In this document: one piece after another, positions 54,269 through 64,000 of the stretch
How positions within the stretch are numbered: the first letter of the stretch is position 1
How the letters are laid out: every line of letters begins with the position of its first letter
Translations under genes and position numbers: made by a program
The notes under the pieces: model-generated
What the model saw: only the letters and a program-made list of their open reading frames with translations
Database searches by the model: none
Told to the model about the DNA's origin: nothing
Assembly: GCF_006345805.1 (NCBI RefSeq)
Contig: NC_043003.1
Location: forward strand, 41,106,001-41,170,000
DNA from: Octopus sinensis
Lineage: Eukaryota
DNA length: 64,000 bases
Direction: 5' to 3'

Positions 54269-54441
54269 GAGAAAAAAGCAACAAGAATGGATTAGTTTTT
54301 CAGTACAATTGTTTCATACAAAGACAAGCTTTATTAAAAGCTGCAAATATTGCAGCAAATATTTGCAGCTTTTAATAAAGCTTGTCTTTGTATGAAACAA
54401 TTGTACTGAAAAATAATCCATTCTTGTTGCTTTTTTCTCGT
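54267..54441. repeat. 175-bp near-perfect palindrome
   Basis: 85- and 84-nt arms differ only by one G (54295); 6-nt loop GCAGCA. Confidence 0.95.
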
Positions 54442-54555
54442 TTATAATCACCCCACATTATTGTATGGTTAATACCATATAGTTTTCTGGTGCATCTAAT
54501 TTAAGTACCGCATTCAAGTGAATTCAATAGTACTGACTTGAATCTTAATTGCTTT

Positions 54556-54633
<78 letters not shown>

Positions 54634-55034
54634 TATAATACACACACACACACATACATACATATATATATATATATATGAATCTGAAAACGAAGAGGAG
54701 TGTGGAGATTTATTCACATCCAAAACTTTTTATTAAAAATGTTTTCTACAGCATATATATAACAATGACCAACATTTGTTGCTATTGCAACAACTAAACA
54801 TTGCTCCGAATGCAAAATATGCATCCTGTTCGCTGCAATTTCATCAAGAGTCCATCACTTACAACGTTTTCAAAGAGAACTTATTCAAACTTCCTGCGTT
54901 GGTATTCAGTGGAAGGCTATAGAGTTACTTTTTTTACATCAACTTAAATTCTGGTCTTATAATCACCTCCACGGGTATTACAGTTGAATTATCGCTTGTA
55001 AAATGTTCATTCCTATTACATTGAATTGTAGTAG

Positions 55035-55101
<67 letters not shown>

Positions 55102-55662
55102 GTATGTATGTATGTATATGTTTAATACACAAAGAGTTACTTATAGTTTCATACTATTACGATATTTTAAATTGATAGATTTATAAAACACTCCTTGCAT
55201 CTCCAAGCAATCTTGCAGGCCCTGTTCATGCGTTAGATGTATTTTTAATACAAGCGCGCTAGACTACAAGTAGAAACCATAATTAACGTAGCTGATGCAG
55301 AACAATATGACTGAAAATATGCGTTATATGTGCGTATTTGCGCTCGTGCCTGTTTGCGTGTCTGCTAACCACTGTCATACTATACGCAATACATTCTAGT
55401 GAAGTATTTCCTTGCCGTTTGTCATCACTAATATATGGCAATCGTTGCTTTGACTTTAACTAACAAATAAAGTAAATTTTATTAGTTCATAGTGACTCAC
55501 AATATTAAGAAGCCCTCCAGTATCTATTTATCTACTAACGAGATCTATAATACAATCTTCTAAACATTTATCAACATAGCAGATTCCATCACGATAATAC
55601 ATTGATAATATTCAATTTATATATATGTGTGTGTGTGTGCGTGCAGTATGTGGGTATGGTGT

Positions 55663-55723
<61 letters not shown>

Positions 55724-56149
55724 TTGTGTATATTTAGTGTGTATTGTTTGATTCATCCTTCCCCCATGGCAATTCATTTTCTGTTCAGTATATCGAAGTA
55801 TTTTTCCATTCATTATTCATTTCGTTTCTAATTACTTTTCATCGCTATTCTTCAACAGCCAAACTATTTTCTGTATCCCAGAATGCCGAACAGTTATCTT
55901 CCTTAAGACACTGCGATTTTAAGTAACAATTTCACTATAATTCGTAATAACACATTACGTAACCCGTCTAATTCTCTTTTTGAACCTGATAATCATACCT
56001 ATTTCTAGTATACAGTCGTGGTTAAAAATTTGGAACATTTTGTTTAAAATTAAAACTGTTATGCCCAACTACATTTCGATTAAAATATATACATTTAATA
56101 TGAACATTCTAATTTAATATGAACATTCTAATTTTTAGAGCTATCATTT

Positions 56150-56345
56150 ATCTTTTATTTTTTCATTTGCTTTAGTCACTAGACTGTGGCCATGCTGGAA
56201 CACCGCCTTAAAGAATTTTAGTCGAAGAAATCGGCCCTAGTACTTCTTTATCTTTTTTAAAGTAGGACGTATACTATTGGGATTTTTTTGCGAAACTAAT
56301 AAGTTATAGGGACACAAACACAAAAACATCGGTTGTCAAGTGGGG
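56150..56345 (-). mobile_element. SINE family B 3' half, degenerate
   Basis: TAGTCACTAGACTGTGGCCATGCTGGAACACCGCCTT...ACATCGGTTGTCAAG. Confidence 0.75.
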
Positions 56346-57559
56346 ATGGGGGTATAGTTACATAAAGAAAGATACACACACACACACATTATATATATAC
56401 ATACAATTACACACAGACATACACACACACACACACATATATATATAACAATCAATAAAGTTTTATAACTCATAAATTATCATAATAGACGGTACGCTGA
56501 GCATCAGCTTGCTAGAAATAAGAGTTAAAATACTCAAACAAGCCATCAAATTCACTGAAAATCATACCACAACCAACAAGCATCGAGCAAACGAGCAGAG
56601 AAAATTTAACATTTTAACTGAGCTGAAAGGTATAGAATTAGGTAATATATATATATATATATATATATATACACCTGTATCATGATTTCGAATTCTGGAT
56701 TACTCCTGAATTCTCTTCGCTAAAATCAAACTCGCCTCGTATCCGTTAAGCGCTGAAGAGGTTCAATTGTTTGAGTATTTTAACATCTTTAAACATCTTT
56801 GTCATATATTTTTAAATAGCATTTGATTGACTACATGGAAATTCATCCTCTTTCTCTCTGATGAGTTGTTGTATTACCTAATAATGATTATCAATTTTAG
56901 ATTCCATTTGAAAATGTAATACCTTCACGAAACGATCATAAGATATTTTTAAAAATTTAATTTTTTAAATAAGTATACTTTGTATATTTATACATCTATC
57001 TATTAATACAATATTATTTTGGACGTATATCTTATTTGATGATTTTTTGATATAATTTTCCTGCTCCTAATTTATAATATAATAAACTATCGCTATTATT
57101 AAATGTCTAAATACTTTAATATTTTATACATTTCCCTACCAAGAACACTTATTAGAAATTCAGTTTATTCTACTCTCATTGAATATATTTAGACTTGATA
57201 AACGATATGTATGTATGTGTACACACACACATACATTTAATTTAGCTTGACCACATGCCCTCGAGTGGGATGTAGTCTATTGCTGCTTCTTTTTCTACAA
57301 ATGGTTATTTCGTTAAGAGAAAGTTAACAGGCAATGGTGATTACGGTATCCAGAGGAGAAGTTACGAACTGTAAAATGATTTGGTGTGGTTCATAAAGGT
57401 GTATTGTTGGCAGACTCCAGAGACAGACTTGGAGGGCTGACTCATCATTTGAATGAAGTGACACAAAGCTCTTAGTACTGAACGAATACAGAGAAGCCGA
57501 AAGTTTGGAGATGAGGAAGAAACTAGGACACCACTGCTTATCAGAAGACCAGACCATCG

Positions 57560-58000
57560 ACGACATTACCAGGCACGAGAAACTTGACGGTATATTTTGC
57601 CATAATGGAGATGCGGAATGCGATATCAAATGCAAACTCTAAAATATGATAGTTTTTGTTTAGACGATGTACAAAATTTGATAAATACACACAATGGATA
57701 GAAACATCTAGGTCTGTCTGAACAAGAGTATTGTGTTTCTGAGAGTCATACATGCAAGTACAATTGGGAGGTAGACTGCAAAAATTAGCTGACCAAAGAA
57801 AACCCCAAGATGTTATCAAATTCCAAAAAACTCTTATGAAGGGTATCATGGCGAAGAATCCACGATGCTGCTAGAGAATGTAATGAGCAGTTCATGTTCT
57901 GCAGCAGCCAAATCATTGGCCTGCACGAAAAAAACATTGAACTGGACACCAGTTTGAGGATGGAGAAATCAAGAATGAACAAGTTTTACAGGATGCCGCT
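57560..58000 (+). pseudogene. Possible highly decayed RTE-type LINE fragment
   Basis: Weak motifs only: GIFCHNGDAECDIKCKL and CVSESHT. Confidence 0.3.
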
Positions 58001-58439
58001 CATTCCAGCGAGGCATCAAAAATGTCAATAGGCAATGGGAAATATTAAAGATAGATGAGATGATAAAGACTGGAAAAATACTGCAGTCTGATACACAAAT
58101 ATGCCGTCAATAGAATGTGTAGTACATAATTGAGATGTTTGAGTGTGTGCACTCACGTGTTTACACACACGTGTTTACACACACAGACACACACACATAC
58201 ATATACACACACGTACATCATCTGCATGCAGTTTCGTTGAAATCATTACGTGCCCTTCCATTAATGTGTACCTGTGTGCTTGTGTGTATGTGTGTGAGCG
58301 TGTGTACATATGTGCGTAGATATATGTGTGTGCATAATACTTAGTGTGCAAATGATTGTGCGCACGCACGACAATATATATTTAAGTTATGTAATAAAGT
58401 TTACTCATTATACGTATATCTTTCTCTCTCTCTCTCTCA

Positions 58440-58478
<39 letters not shown>

Positions 58479-58543
58479 TACTTATACATATATGTATAGT
58501 TAAATAGATATATAGTTACATGTACATATATGCATGTAATTAC

Positions 58544-58653
<110 letters not shown>

Positions 58654-59594
58654 TAAGCACACATAACGGATGGAAATCAACATCGTGTAAATGAATAAAC
58701 TTTGTTTCATAAATATATACTTTCCTTCGTATCTAAGTACTACTCAGAGACGCATCCGCACAGACACAGTTGCAGAAATATGCGCATACATGCATCTACA
58801 CACATTTGTACAAGGACTGATATTAATAGAGAAACACATAATGAAATCTATATAACTGCTTGCGCATAATCTTTGGTTTGTGTGCATATTTCTGTAAATA
58901 CTGCAATGAAAATTTATCCAAAACTATTAGCATTGATATATCAACTGTAATAATACTGAAATATGAGACTGTCCCACCAACGTAATTACAAACTGGAAAT
59001 GTTCAGACATGTAAGCAATCGTTACATTTGATACTCGATAGCTTCTGTCTGATTTCCACAGCCACCACAGCAAAGACTTGTTGCCGGCATCCACCATCAG
59101 CGCTGCCACCACTTTCACGGCCACATGTAGCAGCAACATTAACGCTGACATCATCTGTAAGAGAATCGTTTAATTAAGTCATTGTTATAACCATCTCCAA
59201 CACCACCAACAAGAACAACGACCACACAATCACCACAACAACGACCAGGACTGACACCACCATGACCACCACCACCACGTTTTGTACGATCTGTTACAAC
59301 TATGGACACTGAATTAACGCAGACAAAATCTCCGGCACAGAAACACAATAAAAATGATTCCAGTAGGTTTCAACTCAGCATCCATGGTCTGGGAGTACAA
59401 CACTATACGCTTACTTCACATTTTCATCTACTTTGTGTTAAGAAGCTGAAGTGCAGCTCCTTAAACATTCCTAATTGTTATTGTTGCTGATTAGCACTTG
59501 CAAAGATCATACGAAGTTGAGTTGTGTTCAAGGCCCGAGAGCAAAACAACATCCATATTACAAAGGGGAAACATAAGTAAATTTAATAATTAAA

Positions 59595-60020
59595 TCTTTT
59601 TTCTGCCTTTAACCCTCCAACGCGGAGTATAGTCCACTTATAATTGAATTCCATGTCGCATAATATTTCGCTTCTGTACTTATACTCTGCCATGAATGTC
59701 CCTCTTTCTCTAGTTCTTTTTGTGTTAATCTACGCCACAAGTCTTAGGCCTACCTTTCTTTCTATATCCATCCTGGTTCCACTGTAAAGCACTTTTCGCT
59801 ACATTTGGTGTGTCTTTTCTAATTGTGCTACCAATCCACTTTCATTTTTTGTTAAACATTTTCTCCCTAATCGAAACCTGATTTGTTCTTTACCATCTCT
59901 CCATATTGCTTATGTGTTCAGGCCATCTAATTTTAAATTTACTACACAAGCATCTGTTGATGAATGATTGTATTTGCTTATTTGATTTAACTATTGTTCG
60001 CCATGTCTCAGCCCCATACA
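59595..60020 (-). pseudogene. RTE-clade LINE 3' fragment
   Basis: YGAETWRTIVKSNKQIQSFINRCLCSKFKIRWPEHISN, then WIGSTIRK...ALQWNQDG...GRPK across frameshifts. Confidence 0.85.
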
Positions 60021-60166
60021 TATTTAAGAATTGAATATTTAAAGAAAATTATAAAGTTTGTGGAAAAACGCAATAATAATTTCACTGTAGAGATGACTGT
60101 CATTACGTCTGACCATGTTATAAAAGTGTCATTACATCTGGCCAGGTTATACGCGTGTCAATACAT

Positions 60167-60384
60167 CTGGTGATGTACTGAAAAGTTCCTGGCTTAAGAG
60201 TGTCGCGAAAGGCCTGTTTGGAGGCCCAAGCTTCCGAGTTTTTTTGCGAGGTTTAAAAAGAAACTGAAGGACCGCTGCAGTAAGTGTGTGAATCTGAAAG
60301 CGGATTATGTTGAATAAAATCATAAATAACTTATCCTTCTGTATTTTCTTTTACCCAAAGTCAAAAACTTTTCAGCACCTCGTA
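60167..60384 (+). mobile_element. Mariner-derived MITE
   Basis: TIR remnants CTGAAAAGTTCCTGGCT / AGTCAAAAACTTTTCAGCACCTCGTA; retains the transposase end RCSKCVNLKADYVE*. Confidence 0.8.
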
Positions 60385-61185
60385 AGTGTAGAATATGCAT
60401 CAATTATGAAAATCATCATGGTTATACTGAATTCGTAATGTTGATTATTTCGATCACTTGACTGAAATCTATATATCAATCTATTCCTCGATCAAATTAT
60501 CATTCTATCTATCAATCACGCACGTTACACACAAACGCATATACACAAACACACGCGCACACGATTGTATGAGAATATTTGATTGTGTAAGAAAATCAAA
60601 GCTTGGATTGTTTGCCAGATAGAAAGATAAAGAAGTCGATACGTTTGGAAGGCAAATAAAAGATACATAATTAATGGTTATTAGTAATATAATGGCACTA
60701 AACTAGGTTTCAATTAACATATATTTATAAATAAATGTTAGATCGAAGGCGTCTCTAATTATTGGATCTGTGTATAGAATGAATATTGTGAGAATACAGA
60801 TTTTAGACATGCATATACATACACACAGACGGATACAAAAACGTGTGGAGCTAAGATTATATAGTATACATATAATGGAATTCCCTTAATGCATATGCAT
60901 TGCTATTTAACTTTAATTACGTGTATTTATATCAACAAATAGGTGTGTGTGTAGATAAATTCATATATATATATATATGTATGTATATACACATACATAT
61001 ATATGCAAATATGTGCATGTGTCTTCATGTTTATTCATGTACGCACATACACTCATATACATAAATACACACAATATATATTTATATATGTGTGTGTGTG
61101 TATAATAATCACATATACTTATATATGTATGCGTGCTTAGCTTATACATACGCGAGTAATTATATATATATATATATATATATGT

Positions 61186-61220
<35 letters not shown>

Positions 61221-61944
61221 AATATATATATGTATGTATATATATATATATATATAATATATATATGTATGTATATATATATATATGTATATATATATAT
61301 TTGCATACATATACGAATTGCTATAAACTATTTTAATAACATCGCTTATATCGAATCAGAACTAGAGAATAAAATTTGCCCTGACTTTTATCAGTGTAAT
61401 GGGATATTTGACAGCCTCTTAAGTGTTACTCTTCTTGTCTTCTCTATATTCCTCTATTTTTCTCTTATTTGTGTGATATTAGGTGCTCTTTCCTTTTATT
61501 CAGCATTTATATTTTGTTTCTGTTATTGTTTTTGTTTTTGCAGTCCTGTTGTTGTGGTCGTTGTCGCTGATGCCATCGATGTTATTATTAATTTTTGTTC
61601 TTATTTTTTGTTTTTCAGATGATGAGCCTACCATTATCTAGAAATGTATTGCACTTTAAAGAAATTGATACCACATTCTTGTTTTCACCTACACACGTCC
61701 CCCCTCTCCACTTTTTTTTTCATTTTCTGTCTTTAATTATGGTTGGTTTCGTGTGGTGTTGTGTTTTTTTTATTAGCTGTTTGTAACGTGTGCTTATCTG
61801 TATTTTCTTACTTCTTATTGATTGTGGGATATGATGGTGGTGGCCATTTCTGGTGCAGTTGCCGCTGCTACTGTTGATGATGATGATGATGATGATGGTG
61901 GTGGTATTGATTATTCGCATTCAACATTATAACACTAACGATTG

Positions 61945-62160
61945 TGGTGAAGAGCGGCTGAATTAGTTGTAACGTTAGTGCATCAGACAAAATGCCTTTC
62001 AATTATATATCGCTTTATATTCAGAGTTCAAATACCACCGAATTCAACTTTACTTTTCATCTCTTCTAGATCGATAAATAAAGTACCAACTGAGTAGCTG
62101 GAATCGATACAATCGATTGTATTCTGCCACACACATTTGGTATTGTGCTTTTCAGAACGA
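61945..62160 (+). mobile_element. SINE family A, degenerate
   Basis: GAGTTCAAATACCACCGAATTCAACTTT...TCGATAAATAAAGTACCAACT...ATCGATACAATCGA. Confidence 0.6.
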
Positions 62161-62615
62161 AAATATTTGGAGACCAAGGGTACTGAATTAGCTGAAAGAA
62201 TACAGCTTCTGAGAAAATGTCGTTGTATTCAATTTTAACACGTTATGTTCTGAAATTAAATGCGATGCGTGTGACTTTGCTTTCAGACATTCTGCGCTCT
62301 CTAAAATATAATAATAATTCTTGAATTTAGGAATGGATATAATCAAGTCGTTGTCCTCTGCAACTGTTTGGCCTTGACCTATGTTAAGAGATGATACGTT
62401 TCGATACAGATTTCTTAGTTGTTAGTGATACATACTAATTGATGTAAAAAGGTTTTAAATTTTGGCTCAAGGCTAGCTATTCTGGTGAGAAGGGTTAACT
62501 CGATTACATTAACCTCAGCACTTGAACAATATTTATTTTAACAATTCCGGAATGATACGCTAATAATTTTCTGCAGTTTGCAAGTGATCTTTCCAGCTCT
62601 CCGCATTACTCATCT

Positions 62616-62810
62616 ATTCTACTATAAGCACTAGGCATGGAATTTCTGAGGGAAGGGACTTAGTCGATTACATTGATCCCCGTGCGCAACTGGTATTTAT
62701 TTTATCAACCCGAACAAAATGTGAGGCAAAGTTTGAACTCAGAACATAATAATTTGGAAGGGATGACGCTATTTTATCTGATGGGCTGACAGTTCTGCCA
62801 GCTCACTACC
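62616..62810 (-). mobile_element. SINE family A, degenerate monomer
   Basis: TTCTACTATAAGCACTAGGC...AGTCGATTACATTGATCCCC...TTTGAACTCAGAAC...TTCTGCCAGCTCACTACC. Confidence 0.75.
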
Positions 62811-63137
62811 TTAAACCGCTGCCTTACTAATCGATGTAATAATAGCAGGTATATAAAGTTTTTGATTAGCATGCTGTTGTTCTTCAGTTACAAGTCAACC
62901 AACACCCAACTCACCTCTGACCGTCCGGTTTTTCTCATACGTGAAGTTAGAACTTGCCCATCTTATTCAATGCGTATTTTTCTAAGATGCTACGGCGCAA
63001 TTTGAAGGAACTGTACACGCTTTGCCTAGCAAACCGATCTACCTAGTTAAAGCTCTATCGCTCACTCGTTGTTGTTGATAGTATTAGTGGTAGTGATTCT
63101 GGAAGTGCTTGGTTTATTATAATGTTTCATTATGTCA

Positions 63138-63722
63138 GGCGGCGAGCTGACAGAAATGTTAACACCCCGAGGGAATGCTTAGCGGTATTTCGTCTGCCAC
63201 TATGTTCTGAGTTCAAATTCCGCCGAGGTCGACTTTGCCTGTCATCTTTTCGGGGTCGATAAATTAAGTACCAGTTACGCACTGGAGTCAATGTAATCGG
63301 CTTAATCCGTTTGTCCGTCCTTGTTTGTCCCCTTTGTGTTTAGCCCCATGTGGGTAGTAAAGAAATAGGTATTTCGTCTGTGTTTACGTTCTGAGTTCAA
63401 ATTCCGCTGAGGTCGACTTTGCCTTTCATCCTTTAGGGGTCGATAGATTAAGTACCAGTTACACACTGGAGTCGATGTAATCGGCTTAATCGGCTTAATC
63501 CGTTTGTCTGTCCTTGTTTGTTCTCCGTGTTTAGCCCCTTGTGGGTAGTAAACAAATAGGTATTTCGTCTGTCTTTACGTTCCCAGTTCTAATTCAGCCG
63601 AGGTCGACTTTGCCTTTCATCCTTTCGTGGTCGATAAATTATGTACCAGTTGCGTACTGGTGTCGATCTAATCGACTGGCTCCCTCCCCCAAAATTTCGA
63701 GCCTTGTGCCAAGAGAAGAAAA
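63138..63722 (+). mobile_element. SINE family A, trimeric copy
   Basis: Head followed by three modules starting GGTATTTCGTCTG at 63184, 63368 and 63559; the last module carries the family tail. Confidence 0.92.
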
Positions 63723-64000
63723 CAAAATTCCATTATGTAATATATGTATTTTATCACATATATTATTATAATATATACGTAACGTATGTTTATTATAATA
63801 TATGTAATGTATGTTTTGTTACGATAGAGGTAGGTATTGCATACGGCTGAGAAATTGAATTGTTATTATTAAGCTTACAAGCAATATTCCACAATTTTTT
63901 TTAATAAACCGTCATTTTATGGGGCAAATTTCACCTTACCTTATTCAATATTTTCAATTTGAGGAAAAAGTGGTGTCATTTTAAGAATGTTGACCGTGCA

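Noticed and set aside
56011-56040. Tc1-like TIR TACAGTCGTGGTTAAAAATTTGGAACA
   Set aside because: No partner TIR or transposase found nearby.
59062-59156. Plus-strand exon candidate (TTTCCACAG| ... |GTAAGA)
   Set aside because: Low-complexity ACC/AGC context, no recognisable peptide, no partner exons.

Overview
Eukaryotic, strongly AT-rich, repeat-dominated DNA with no confidently identifiable host gene. The SINE families and the (TA)n/(CA)n/(TATC)n load are most consistent with an octopod cephalopod genome; this is inference from family recognition, with no search run. Almost all supplied ORFs are translations of microsatellites or trinucleotide low-complexity DNA. Real coding homology is confined to decayed transposons: CR1-group LINEs (12.9-13.8 kb, 19.2-20.1 kb), two mariner copies, a Helitron cluster with a PIF1-helicase fragment, RTE fragments, and two tandem R4/Dong-like elements bounded by (TAA)n. 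Several tRNA-derived SINE families, labelled A-D here as working names, and TA-type MITEs fill the rest. The best novel signal is a type I hammerhead-ribozyme fold at 41113-41170, heading a ~235-nt hairpin-rich element set between (TA)n tracts (retrozyme or Penelope pseudo-LTR-like), with three weaker hammerhead-like motifs elsewhere. Also notable: a SINE whose 3' tail matches the 3' UTR of the CR1 LINE in the same window, a recurring class of fold-back palindromes anchored on (TA)n tracts, and SINE A copies with 1, 2 or 3 internal B-box modules. Caveats: interrupted TA tracts and single-base indels suggest residual long-read errors, so frameshifts, 1-nt core defects and near-perfect duplications need read-level confirmation. 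Boundaries of decayed elements are approximate.
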